Below, piece by piece: positions 9,501 to 17,555 of a stretch of DNA of 31,034 bases. How positions within the stretch are numbered: position 1 is the stretch's first letter; the number at the start of each line of letters is the position of its first letter. A program made the translations under genes and the position numbers. Source of the stretch: Chloroflexota bacterium. Lineage in GTDB: Bacteria; Chloroflexota; Anaerolineae; Promineifilales; Promineifilaceae. The notes below the pieces were generated by a model. The model was given only the letters and a program-made list of their open reading frames with translations, did no database searches and was not told the DNA's origin. The stretch spans positions 1 through 31,034 of the forward strand of contig JAJRTP010000396.1 of NCBI GenBank assembly GCA_024278255.1. Reading direction: 5' to 3'.

Positions 9501-10053
9501 CTGCCTTTCCACTCGCTTCGAGACGCGCCGCAGTTATCTTACGATTGACGAGGCCGGTTATGGTGTTCTGCCCGGTTTTGCCGATTATCCGGTGAACAAT
9601 GTAAGCTGGTTTGGGGCGCAGGCGTATTGTGAATGGGTGGGCGGCCGTTTGCCTACGGAGGCGGAATGGGAACTGGCGGCTCGCGGCGGCGATGCCCGGT
9701 TGTATCCCTGGGGTGATGCGCCGCCGGATGGGAATACGGCCGTATTCGACGGCACCATTGCCGATTTGCAGCCGGTAGACAGCCTGCCGGACGGCCGCAG
9801 CCCCTTTGGCCTGTACCACATGGCCGGCAACGTGTGGGAATGGACGGCCGACGGCTACGATCCTATCTACTATGACCGCAGCCCCTACGACAACCCCCAA
9901 GCACCGGCCGGCCGGGCCAACGATCCCCGTACCGTGCGCGGCGGCGGTTACGACGGTCCGGCGGCCGACCTGCGCCTGACCAATCGCCGCGGCATTCCCG
10001 GCACGGAATTCCGGGAAGTGCCGGATGTGGGTTTTCGCTGCGTTGTACCGTGA
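6592..10053 (+). CDS. 1153-aa fusion: N-terminal HxxxDG CoA-dependent acyltransferase-like domain, one TM helix, P/T linker and C-terminal FGE-sulfatase/SUMF1-like domain
   Basis: FGE motifs FQMG, YEVSVAQY, PVNNVSW..AQAYCEW.GGRLPTEAEWELAARG, YPWG, SPFGLYHMAGNVWEW, GFRCV; TM about 8935-9022; SHIFFDG at 7663-7683. The FGE call is strong; the acyltransferase call is inferred. Confidence 0.8.
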   Translation: MELLPIDVGRVDLNLRNKLVYGLFYWGPAKFLEAYQRLLKLVGKDPASSFPEGTWQFYVGYALRDDTARHTCETRGFDTTLHQYDIRLSAVDRVTAWTMAAIYALHQYDDLLANEWRERVYTHTLHQVAVEYRHKDAPYYARLYRLWESKRPYLRRRDAHLDEDFPSYRRRKFDEFMAVATEGLPKPLVAEWRSRLETAQAEELPAYQRQMRIRAYLEPTIYGEIRKPVPLEQVRVGVIYEGHYYLLPICAGQGRLPVDVGVVRAQIAALMAWPAEKTAVSLTAIATVRRSAFPDLIQSLSPVLRQELDNLHQAPIWINTDQQPAQQPLSVIRQGERGIGDHPLTIFDTGESFVFDLSHIFFDGIWGVSLAEILTNEALSWAVYLHSLPTAVPGRHRPYSPAFSFRPGDAELVAQANHVAQEASAETAAVDLPALLSLRQSGKEEAALQHITVNDWLVLYRAIHTAVYQLSPALQAELEALRRDEKTRPAAETALTVLHDDQTSNPAILIPVDASRQSPRDRVYPLTFEVPLLNLELIKLYQQALAAEKAYERGAPNRPHAYAQFAKARQAYLARLQAFGEELHRQKQRAMQGETMSVGTIRLLAHVPIPVQRLLDGIPGLFDSLNDLIKGREVFSNVGWVMPSSTLTRFMTAKDDNEKKEMAWGVMTDAPGVMRLTLRDFRPHVAQLTAVGRHDLAQRLAADQLEAYATDLNQFVRELQKILDGVTEPAAAAEEMTPGRAVPEKRYKRPYPLIPAAVIRAQEKQPVLAEQPLTEQAESSSAWGCFALFLFAVVMLVVFFIGGLFYVAVQIRPYDELVVIARQVAATGGLNQPEETPTAAPAIRPIPTFTLSPTMAPTQTPRPSRTSSPTVTAVVQPIATATVRPSPTLMPTAVLTITRPADEMPMALIAATTFQMGAYAADELAQADERSLHEVRVDSYAIDLYEVSVAQYAAFLNTLGSYVGTCQGYTCLSTRFETRRSYLTIDEAGYGVLPGFADYPVNNVSWFGAQAYCEWVGGRLPTEAEWELAARGGDARLYPWGDAPPDGNTAVFDGTIADLQPVDSLPDGRSPFGLYHMAGNVWEWTADGYDPIYYDRSPYDNPQAPAGRANDPRTVRGGGYDGPAADLRLTNRRGIPGTEFREVPDVGFRCVVP

Positions 10054-10121
10054 TGCGTGAAGGCGTGATGCGTAATTTAACCCTGTCACCTGCCGCCTTG
10101 TCACTTGCCGCCTTGCCACTT
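10049..10121. repeat. Heptamer repeats (CGTGATG) followed by a 15-mer tandem repeat ((C/T)TGTCAC(C/T)TGCCGCC)
   Basis: CGTGATG CGTGAAGG CGTGATG at 10049-10070 contains stop TGA 10051-10053; 15-mers at 10083 and 10098, partial at 10113. Confidence 0.75.
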
Positions 10122-10139
10122 TCCCATTAAACTGCCCCT

Positions 10140-11273
10140 ATGACCCAAACGAACGCTCACAAACAGCGCCACGAGAGCGATTTGGCAATCTTGAATAAGG
10201 TGGCCCAGGAATTGAACCGATCTGTGGAACTGCATGAGGCGGTGCAGGGCGTACTGGCCCAGGCGGCGGCGCTGCTGGATTTGCATACCGGCTGGGTCTG
10301 GCTGTTGGGCGAAGATGAACGGCCGTATCTGGCCGCCACACAAAACCTGCCCCCCGCGCTGGAGGACAATCCGCAAAAAATGGCCGGGGACTGCTTTTGC
10401 CTGCGCACCTACCGGGAAGGCGATCTGGCGGGCGCGGCGAACGTCAATGTGGTGGAATGCAGCCGCCTGCACGGGTTGGTAGATGGCACGGGCGGGCTGC
10501 GTTACCATGCCAGTATCCCTCTCTATGCGCACGGCAAAAAGCTGGGCGTCCTCAACGTCGCCAGCCGGGATTGGCGGCAGTTGGCCCCGGAAGATTTGCA
10601 GCTTCTCTACACCATCGGCGATTTGCTGGGGATTGCCATTGAGCGGGCGCGGCTGTTTGACCGCAGCGCCCAATTGGGGGCGGTGGAGGAGCGGAACCGG
10701 CTGGCGCGGGAAATTCACGATACGCTGGTGCAGGGGTTAACGGCCGTCTCCCTCCAGTTAGAATCGGCCGACGCGCTGCTGGAAGCGGGGGCCGACCCGG
10801 ACGCTGTGCGCCAAAAAGTAGAACAAGCCCTCCACCTCACCCGCGCCAATCTGGACGAAGCCCGCCGCTCGGTGATGGATTTGCGGGCCGCGCCGCTGCA
10901 AGGGCGCACCCTGGAAGAAGCGCTGGTCGTGCTGGCGGAACAGGCGGATGTGGCGGTAGATTTGCAGGTGACGGGGTCACGGCCGTTACCCCCACGGGTG
11001 GAATCCGGCCTGTACCGCATCGCCCAGGAAGCGTTGACCAATATCGGCCGTCACGCCCAGGCCACGCAGGTAACGATGATGCTGACAATGACGCCGGATC
11101 AGGTCACGCTAACGGTGGAGGATAACGGCCGGGGCTTTGATCCGGAAGCGGTATTGGAAAACAAGTTTGGTTTGATTGGCATGAATGAGCGGGTGCGGCT
11201 GCTGGACGGCCGTTTCCGTCTGGAAAGCAGTGAGGGCGAAGGGACGCGGCTGGAAGTGGTGGTGCCTGTATGA
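10140..11273 (+). CDS. GAF-domain sensor histidine kinase, HisKA_3 (NarX/UhpB) type, AirS/YhcY-like
   Basis: EERNRLAREIHDT H-box, QEALTNIGRHA N-box, EDNGRGFD and FGLIGMNER G-boxes; no TM; GAF with CFC...CSRL. Confidence 0.92.
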   Translation: MTQTNAHKQRHESDLAILNKVAQELNRSVELHEAVQGVLAQAAALLDLHTGWVWLLGEDERPYLAATQNLPPALEDNPQKMAGDCFCLRTYREGDLAGAANVNVVECSRLHGLVDGTGGLRYHASIPLYAHGKKLGVLNVASRDWRQLAPEDLQLLYTIGDLLGIAIERARLFDRSAQLGAVEERNRLAREIHDTLVQGLTAVSLQLESADALLEAGADPDAVRQKVEQALHLTRANLDEARRSVMDLRAAPLQGRTLEEALVVLAEQADVAVDLQVTGSRPLPPRVESGLYRIAQEALTNIGRHAQATQVTMMLTMTPDQVTLTVEDNGRGFDPEAVLENKFGLIGMNERVRLLDGRFRLESSEGEGTRLEVVVPV

Positions 11274-11911
11274 ATAAACCGATTCGTATTTTAATTGTAG
11301 ACGATCACCCTGTGGTGCGGGATGGGCTGGTAGCGATTTTAAGTACCCAGCTTGATTTTGCCGTGGTAGGGGAGGCGGGCGACGGCCGTGAAGCGTTGGC
11401 CCAGGTGGCAGCTTTGCGCCCGGACGTCATCTTGCTGGATTTGGAGATGCCCCGGATGGATGGGGTAGAGACGCTGCGCCGCCTGCGCCAGTCGGATGCG
11501 GACGCTAAAGTGCTGGTCTTTACGGCGTATGATTCGGATGAGCGGATTGTGACGGCCGTGCAGGCTGGGGCGCAAGGCTATCTGCTCAAAGGCGCGCCGC
11601 GGCAGGAGTTATTTAACGCCATTCGCATTGTCGCCGAGGGCGGTTCGCTGTTGCAGCCCTTGGTCGCTTCCAAACTGATGCAGCGGGTCAGCCGGGAGCC
11701 GGAGTCGTTGTTTGAGCCGCTGACGCCGCGGGAGTTGGAAGTGCTGCAGGAACTGGCGCGGGGTCTGCAAAACAAGGAAATTGCCGCCAAACTGGTCATC
11801 AGCGAGCGCACCGTCAAGTTTCACGTCAGCGCCATCCTGGCTAAATTGGATGCGGGCAACCGCACGGAAGCGGTAGCCATTGCCGCCCAACACGGCCTGG
11901 TCAATCTGTAG
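11270..11911 (+). CDS. NarL/LuxR family response regulator
   Basis: ILIVDDHPVVR, LLDLEMP, GYLLK receiver motifs; LTPRELEVL...NKEIAAKLVISERTVKFH HTH; ATGA overlap with the kinase. Confidence 0.95.
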   Translation: MNKPIRILIVDDHPVVRDGLVAILSTQLDFAVVGEAGDGREALAQVAALRPDVILLDLEMPRMDGVETLRRLRQSDADAKVLVFTAYDSDERIVTAVQAGAQGYLLKGAPRQELFNAIRIVAEGGSLLQPLVASKLMQRVSREPESLFEPLTPRELEVLQELARGLQNKEIAAKLVISERTVKFHVSAILAKLDAGNRTEAVAIAAQHGLVNL

Positions 11912-11959
11912 AACGATTTTGTAAATCGTTCTTTGGGCGATTTGCAAAATCGCCCTACA
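11907..11959. repeat. GTAG-type REP doublet, family A, between convergent genes; possible bidirectional terminator
   Basis: TGTAG...CTACA enclosing AGAACGATTT-TGT-AAATCGTTCT and GGGCGATTT-GCA-AAATCGCCC; contains stop TAG 11909-11911. Confidence 0.85.
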
Positions 11960-11960
11960 C

Positions 11961-12986
11961 TTAAAAATCTCGTTGGAGGAGGAAGTCGGCCAGTTCGTTG
12001 AGGGTGGTATAGGCTGCGCCGTTGGGTTGGGCCGCTTCCAGATGGCCCTGGGCGCTTTGGGAGTAGGTGGTGGCTTTTTCGATGGCGTACTCGCGTGCCC
12101 CGCTTTCGTCCAGCAGGCGGATGGCTTCGGCGATAAAAGCGCCATCGGTGTTTTCCTGCCGGTAAAGTCGGCGTAGTTCGGCGCTTTGGCTGAGGCCGTA
12201 GAGGACGGGCAGGGTCTTCTTTTTAGTGGTAATGTCGCTGCTGGCCGATTTGCCGATGACGGCTTCATCCCCCCAAATACCCAGAATGTCGTCTTTGACC
12301 TGGAAGGCCAGCCCCAGTTCCAGGCCGAATTGGGCGTAGTGGCGCACGGTTGGGGCGTTGCAGCCGGCAATCAGGGCGCCCAGTTCAGTGCAGAGAGAGA
12401 TGAGTACGGCCGTTTTCCCCGTAATCATCTCGATATATTCATCTACCGTCACATTGTCCCGCGTTTCAAAATCCATGTCGTTAAACTGGCCGTGCGTCAG
12501 GTTGAGACAGGTCTCGTCAAAACGGCGTAAGGCTTGCACCGTAATGTCTGCCGGAACGCCGCGCTCCAGCAGGCGGCTCATGGCCAGGTGCGCCTGGGCA
12601 AACATGGCGTCCCCGGCGTTGATCGCCTGCTCAATGCCCCAGATCGTCCACAACGTTTTACGGCCGCGCCGGGTAGGGCTGGTGTCTTCAATGTCGTCGT
12701 GGATCAGGGAGAAGTTGTGCAGCAGTTCGATGGCGGCGGCGGCGGGGACGGCTTGCTGCCAATCCCCGCCGGCGGCCTGGTTGGTGAGGAGGAGGAGCAA
12801 CGGCCGTATCTGCTTCCCGGCGTGAACCTGCACCGGCTGCATCTGCTCATCTACCCAGCCCATGTGGTAATGATTCATGCCGAAAAATAAATCCGGCGTT
12901 GTGACACTGTCATATTGCAGCACAGCCTTCATCTCTTCGTTGATAGCTGCCCGCATATCTTCTGTTTTGGCAAGAATTTTTTGCAT
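11961..12986 (-). CDS. Polyprenyl diphosphate synthase (GGPP synthase, IdsA/CrtE-like)
   Basis: GKQIRP, FARM LIHDDIED + RRGR, GQFNDM, KTA, SARM FQVKDDILG, DITTKKKT. Confidence 0.93.
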   Translation of the reverse strand: MQKILAKTEDMRAAINEEMKAVLQYDSVTTPDLFFGMNHYHMGWVDEQMQPVQVHAGKQIRPLLLLLTNQAAGGDWQQAVPAAAAIELLHNFSLIHDDIEDTSPTRRGRKTLWTIWGIEQAINAGDAMFAQAHLAMSRLLERGVPADITVQALRRFDETCLNLTHGQFNDMDFETRDNVTVDEYIEMITGKTAVLISLCTELGALIAGCNAPTVRHYAQFGLELGLAFQVKDDILGIWGDEAVIGKSASSDITTKKKTLPVLYGLSQSAELRRLYRQENTDGAFIAEAIRLLDESGAREYAIEKATTYSQSAQGHLEAAQPNGAAYTTLNELADFLLQRDF

Positions 12987-12997
12987 GTGTTTTCGTG

Positions 12998-13032
12998 TAG
13001 TTTCCCGGAAACTTCAAGTTTCCGGGAAACTA
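12998..13032. repeat. Perfect 16-bp palindrome between fni and the prenyl synthase gene
   Basis: TAGTTTCCCGGAAACT-TCA-AGTTTCCGGGAAACTA; contains the fni stop (CTA 13030-13032). Confidence 0.85.
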
Positions 13033-14091
13033 AATAAATTCCGTATAAAGCGGCGTTTCGGCCAGTGCTGGTAAATCCTTCGCGCCGCTGGCGAACATGG
13101 TGATGCGTAGTTCGTCGCTTAAAATTTCGGCCATTTCGATGACGCCGTCAACGCCATTCTGATCCGCTGCCCGCAAAAAGTCGCCGGCCAGACCGACCAG
13201 GTTGGCGCCCAGGGCGATACATTTGGCGACGTCAATGCCGTTGCGGATGCCGCCGCTGGCGAAAAGGGGCAGGTGGGGTGCCGCTTCCCGGCAGTATTGG
13301 AGGGATACGGCCGTAGGAATCCCCCAATCAATAAACGTGCTGGCTACCCGCGCATGGCGGGCTGTAGGGGCGCGGTACATCTCCACCTGGCTCCAGGACG
13401 TGCCGCCAGCCCCGGCCACGTCAATGGCGGCAATACCCGCATCCGCCAACCGCCGCGCCGCCTGCCGGGAAAATCCCCAGCCCACTTCTTTAGCGATGAC
13501 TGGGACGGGCAGCCGGGCGCAAATCTGCTCCGCCTTCGCCAGCAGATGGGCAAAATTGCCATCCCCTTCCGGCTGGACAGCTTCCTGCAGAACGTTGAAG
13601 TGCAAAATCAGGGCGTCAGCCTGACACATATCTACGGCGCGCTGGCATTCGTCCAAACCGTAGCCGTAATTGAGCTGCACTGCACCTAAATTGGCAAAGA
13701 GGAGAATGTCGGGGGCCACCTGGCGCACGTGGTAGGTGTCGGCCAGCGCGGGGTCTTCGATGGCGGCGCGCTGCGAACCCAGCCCCATCGCCATCCCTGT
13801 TTCCTGCGCGGCGGCAGCCAGTGTGCGGTTGATCTCCCTCGCTTCGGGCGTGCCGCCGGTCATGGAGGAGATGAGCAGCGGGGTACGCAGCCGCTTGCCG
13901 AAGATTTCCGCGCTTAAATCTATGGTGCCCAGGTCTAATTCCGGCAATGCCTGGTGCATGAAGAAATATTTTTCCAGCCCGGTGGTAAGCTGGTTAAAGG
14001 CGACGTCTTCTTCCAAATTGATGCGAATGTGATCCGCCTTGCGCCGCTCGTGAATGGCGTCATCGGCCGGCGGGTCCATGATTGCGCTCAT
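13030..14091 (-). CDS. fni: Type 2 (FMN-dependent) isopentenyl-diphosphate delta-isomerase
   Basis: [67 protein letters not shown]. Confidence 0.96.
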   Translation of the reverse strand: MSAIMDPPADDAIHERRKADHIRINLEEDVAFNQLTTGLEKYFFMHQALPELDLGTIDLSAEIFGKRLRTPLLISSMTGGTPEAREINRTLAAAAQETGMAMGLGSQRAAIEDPALADTYHVRQVAPDILLFANLGAVQLNYGYGLDECQRAVDMCQADALILHFNVLQEAVQPEGDGNFAHLLAKAEQICARLPVPVIAKEVGWGFSRQAARRLADAGIAAIDVAGAGGTSWSQVEMYRAPTARHARVASTFIDWGIPTAVSLQYCREAAPHLPLFASGGIRNGIDVAKCIALGANLVGLAGDFLRAADQNGVDGVIEMAEILSDELRITMFASGAKDLPALAETPLYTEFI

Positions 14092-14331
14092 AAATTGACT
14101 CCGTTTTTCCTTTTCGGATTGCTTGCCGGGAGTATACTATGCCGTGAACTGAATGGCGAGAAAAAGAGAGTGACGGCCGTTATCCTTTGCCATCTTGTGT
14201 TCAGACAACGTGTAAGCCACGTCTGCTATACATTCTCTGGTTATGTGCCTGTGGGATTCGCCGCGACTCATTTGCCGGGTTACAATTCACGGGCGCGCTT
14301 TGTGAGATGGTTCAAATTGCCCTTAACAACT

Positions 14332-14383
14332 TGTAGGACGATTTTGCAAATCGTCCAGGGGCGATTTACAAAATCGCCCTACA
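14332..14383. repeat. GTAG-type REP doublet, family A, copy 2
   Basis: TGTAG...CTACA enclosing GGACGATTT-TGC-AAATCGTCC and GGGCGATTT-ACA-AAATCGCCC. Confidence 0.85.
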
Positions 14384-14447
14384 AAGTGTCAATCTGCTGA
14401 ACCATCCTAGATTTAACAGCGATTTTTCACCTATATTTGGAGGCAAC

Positions 14448-15389
14448 ATGCGCATTTTAATTACGGGAGCGGCCGGATTTTTAGGCTCCCACCTGAGTGA
14501 CAGATTTATTGAGGAAGGCCATACCGTGGTGGGTATGGACAATTTGATTACGGGCAATATGGATAACATTGTCCATCTGATGGGGCATGAGCGGTTCAGC
14601 TTTATTAGGCAGGACGTGAGCAATTACATTTATGTGGCGGGGCCGCTGGATGCGATTTTGCATTTTGCCTCGCCGGCCAGTCCCAACGATTATTTGGAGT
14701 ATCCCATCCCCACCTTAAAGGTAGGCTCTCTGGGGACGCATAACACACTGGGTTTGGCGAAGGCGAAAGGGGCGCGGTATTTGTTGGCCTCTACGTCGGA
14801 GGTGTATGGCGACCCGCAGGTGAACCCGCAGCCGGAGACGTATTGGGGGCACGTGAACCCGATTGGGCCGCGCGGCGTGTATGACGAGGCGAAGCGTTTT
14901 GCCGAGGCGATTACCCTGGCCTACCAAAGGTATCACGGCCTGGAAACGCGGATTGTGCGTATTTTTAACACGTATGGCCCCCGGATGCGGCTGAATGACG
15001 GCCGTGTCGTACCCAATTTCATCCGCCAGGCCTTGTTGGGCGAACCGCTCACCGTCTATGGGGATGGCAGTCAGACACGTTCCTTTCAGTATTACAGCGA
15101 TCTGGTCGAGGGCATTTACCGCCTGCTCCAGTCCGACGAGAAGCTGCCGGTCAACATTGGTAATCCCTCGGAGATGACTATCTTGGACTTTGCTCATGAG
15201 GTCGTGGAAATTGCCGGTAGTAACTCGGAGATTGTGTTTGTCCAGCCTAAGGATGAACGATTTACGGACGATCCCAAAATGCGCCGGCCGGACATCAGCA
15301 AGGCGAAGCGGGTGTTGGGCTGGGAACCGAAAGTGTCTTTGGCTGATGGCTTGGCGGAGACGGTGGCGTATTTTCGGGATAAGGTTTGA
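14448..15389 (+). CDS. UDP-glucuronic acid decarboxylase (UDP-xylose synthase) family extended SDR
   Basis: [51 protein letters not shown]; RBS GGAGG upstream of ATG. Confidence 0.93.
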   Translation: MRILITGAAGFLGSHLSDRFIEEGHTVVGMDNLITGNMDNIVHLMGHERFSFIRQDVSNYIYVAGPLDAILHFASPASPNDYLEYPIPTLKVGSLGTHNTLGLAKAKGARYLLASTSEVYGDPQVNPQPETYWGHVNPIGPRGVYDEAKRFAEAITLAYQRYHGLETRIVRIFNTYGPRMRLNDGRVVPNFIRQALLGEPLTVYGDGSQTRSFQYYSDLVEGIYRLLQSDEKLPVNIGNPSEMTILDFAHEVVEIAGSNSEIVFVQPKDERFTDDPKMRRPDISKAKRVLGWEPKVSLADGLAETVAYFRDKV

Positions 15390-15396
15390 GCGGTAA

Positions 15397-16962
15397 TTGG
15401 TGAACGGTGAACGGGTGATTGGCGATTGGAGATTGGTTCAATCTTTAAGATTGAACCAATCGGCCGTTTGGCAGCCGTGGGGGTTCTTGCTGGCGGCGAT
15501 GGCGGCTGGCGTGCTGCTGGTGTGGCTGCCGCTGCCGTGGGCGGTGGGATTGGCGGTAGGCACGGCCGTATTCCTCCTCGTCGTCATTTATCCTGTTCTG
15601 GGTCTGGCGTTGGCGCTGCTGGCGGCCCCATTGGGGGCGTGGGAAAGCGCTGCGTTTGGCTCATCGCTTTTGGACAGCGGCCAATTTTTTTTGCTGTTGA
15701 CCCTGGCGGTGTGGTTGGGGCGCGGCCTTTCTCGGCGGCGGCTGATGATTCCGCACACATTTTTGCATGTGCCGTTGGCGATCTTTTTGCTGGTGACGGC
15801 CGTCTCCCTCCTCAATGCTCCCTCTCTACCCTTCGGCTTGCGTGAATGGCTCAAATGGGCCGAAATCGCCTTGATTATGCTCATGGTCGTAGATATGGGC
15901 ACTGTGCTTGCTTCTCGCCGGCTATCAATTAAACAATTACCCAACTACCAATTACCAATTACTATTTTCCTCACCATTCTTCTGCTGGCCGGCTTAACCC
16001 AAGCCCTCATCGGCATTTGGCAGTTTGGCCGGGGCGATGGCCCGGAGCATTTTTTGGTGTTGGGGCGGTTTTACCGGGCGTATGGCACGTTTGAGCAGCC
16101 GAATCCTTTTGGCGGCTACATGAATCTGACGGCTTTGCTGGCGTTGGGCGTGGTGGTGGGTTTGGTGACGGCCGTATGGCAGCGTTGGCGGCAGGACGAG
16201 GCATTCTCCTGGCGGCTGGCGGGGGCATTGCTGGCTGTGGGCCTTGTGGCTTTGGTCACCAGCCTGGCGTTGATCTTTTCCTGGAGCCGGGGCGCGTGGC
16301 TGAGTTTCGGGGCGGGTACGGCCGTCCTCGTCCTCTTCTGGCCCAAAAAGCTGTGGCAGGGCATCTTGCTGCTGGCGGTGGGCGGCATGTTGTTCCTGGG
16401 CGGCGTTCAGGCAGGCGTGGTGCCCGCTTCCGTCACCGAGCGCATCACCGGCTTCAGCCAGGATTTGCGCTTTGGCGACGTGCGCGGCGAAGATATTAAC
16501 GACGCCAACTATGCGGTCCTGGAGCGGCTGGCGCATTGGCAGGCGGCCGTAGACATGGCGCGGGAGAATTTGTGGCTGGGCGTCGGTTTTGGTAATTATG
16601 AACCGGCTTACGCCGATTATGCTCTGCTCAACTGGCCGTACCCCCTCGGCCACGCGCACAATTATTACCTGAATCTGGTGGCGGAAGTCGGCGTGGTGGG
16701 GCTGCTGGCATATGTGGTTTTGTGGACGGCCGTCTTCTGGCAAACTATTCGTCTCTTGCGGCGGTTGGATTGGCCTGTGCGGGGTATCGCTCTGGGCTTG
16801 CTGGCCGTTTGGGTGGCAATTTCCGTCCATCATTTGGTAGATAAGCTCTATGTAAACAATATTTACATCCACTTGGGTGTTATGTTAGGATTGTTGCAAC
16901 TTTTGGAGATTGGAGATGGGAGATTCACAACTCGTGAATCTCCCATCTCCAATCTTCGCTAA
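15397..16962 (+). CDS. O-antigen ligase / Wzy / oligosaccharyltransferase-like polytopic membrane protein (start uncertain; ATG 15499 is an alternative)
   Basis: Many TM helices; RAYGTFEQPNPFGG, SWSRGAW, ERLAHWQAA...GVGFGNY, HAHNYYL..AE.GVVG. Confidence 0.88.
   Translation: MVNGERVIGDWRLVQSLRLNQSAVWQPWGFLLAAMAAGVLLVWLPLPWAVGLAVGTAVFLLVVIYPVLGLALALLAAPLGAWESAAFGSSLLDSGQFFLLLTLAVWLGRGLSRRRLMIPHTFLHVPLAIFLLVTAVSLLNAPSLPFGLREWLKWAEIALIMLMVVDMGTVLASRRLSIKQLPNYQLPITIFLTILLLAGLTQALIGIWQFGRGDGPEHFLVLGRFYRAYGTFEQPNPFGGYMNLTALLALGVVVGLVTAVWQRWRQDEAFSWRLAGALLAVGLVALVTSLALIFSWSRGAWLSFGAGTAVLVLFWPKKLWQGILLLAVGGMLFLGGVQAGVVPASVTERITGFSQDLRFGDVRGEDINDANYAVLERLAHWQAAVDMARENLWLGVGFGNYEPAYADYALLNWPYPLGHAHNYYLNLVAEVGVVGLLAYVVLWTAVFWQTIRLLRRLDWPVRGIALGLLAVWVAISVHHLVDKLYVNNIYIHLGVMLGLLQLLEIGDGRFTTRESPISNLR
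15431..15461. repeat. Palindromic REP-like element, family B, copy 2
   Basis: GATTGGTTCAATCT-TTA-AGATTGAACCAATC, perfect 14-bp arms, preceded by GATTGG(C/A) heptamers. Confidence 0.8.
15934..15962. repeat. In-frame heptamer array (CAATTAC, about 4 units) inside the CDS
   Basis: CAATTAC C CAACTAC CAATTAC CAATTAC, translated as QLPNYQLPIT between TM helices. Confidence 0.8.
16907..16955. repeat. Perfect 22-bp inverted repeat in the last codons of the ligase-like gene
   Basis: AGATTGGAGATGGGAGATTCAC-AACTC-GTGAATCTCCCATCTCCAATCT. Confidence 0.9.
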
Positions 16963-16988
16963 AATTTATAGCGGAGATTACTGATTAG

Positions 16989-17555
16989 ATGGTTACACTT
17001 TTTGCTAATACGGCCGGCCGCTTTGGAGTAAATCCCAAAGAGGCGGAACGGTTCTTCAAATTTTTGATTGTTGGCTCCATTGGGTTTGTGGTGGATTTTG
17101 GCGTTTTTAACTTGCTGTTGAATCCGCTGGATGCCTTGTTCTCTGCCGGTACCGGCGCGTATAATTTTTTCGTTGGTTTGGGGTTGAGCGAAGAGTTTGT
17201 GGAATTTGGTTTGGCGGCCGTTATCGCCGGAACTATTTCTTTTATTGCTGCCATTATCAGCAACTTTTTCTGGAATCGTTATTGGACGTATCCGGATTCG
17301 CGTTCCAAACATATTGTAGGGCAGTTTTTGCAATTTTCCCTGGTTAGCATTACCGGGATTGTTTTCCGTATTCCTATTATTGCCTTATCCCGCGTTCCTT
17401 TTACCAATTTGGTGGTGGCTACGGTAGGTTCCTGGCTTAGTCCGGAGTTGACGTCTCGTTTGGGTGAAAATTTAGCGTTGGCGCTTTCTGTGCTGATTAT
17501 TCTTTTCTGGAATTTCTTCATCAACCGCTACTGGACGTACAGCGACGTTGACTGA
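16989..17555 (+). CDS. GtrA family membrane protein (lipid-linked sugar translocase-like)
   Basis: RFFKFLIVGSIGFVVDFG, SNFFWNRYWTY, QF.LVS..G and terminal WNFFINRYWTY. Confidence 0.9.
   Translation: MVTLFANTAGRFGVNPKEAERFFKFLIVGSIGFVVDFGVFNLLLNPLDALFSAGTGAYNFFVGLGLSEEFVEFGLAAVIAGTISFIAAIISNFFWNRYWTYPDSRSKHIVGQFLQFSLVSITGIVFRIPIIALSRVPFTNLVVATVGSWLSPELTSRLGENLALALSVLIILFWNFFINRYWTYSDVD

Noticed and set aside
9298-10053. Diversity-generating retroelement target, or a true sulfatase maturase
   Set aside because: No template repeat, reverse transcriptase or sulfatase in the window, and the catalytic Cys are absent; a trans-acting DGR cannot be excluded.
7177-10119. Long antisense ORFs (268, 214 and 290 aa) opposite the 1153-aa gene
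   Set aside because: They shadow a well-supported gene, show no motifs, and long antisense frames are expected at this GC content.
14092-14447. Riboswitch or sRNA in the 355-bp divergent intergenic region
   Set aside because: Apart from the REP doublet I see no recognisable motif; an Infernal/Rfam scan would be needed.
15994-16872. 292-aa minus-strand ORF, plus other 100-250 aa overlapping ORFs in the track (4943-5584, 10101-10718, 11609-12370, 30005-30775)
   Set aside because: All lie opposite genes with clear family motifs and have no recognisable domain of their own.
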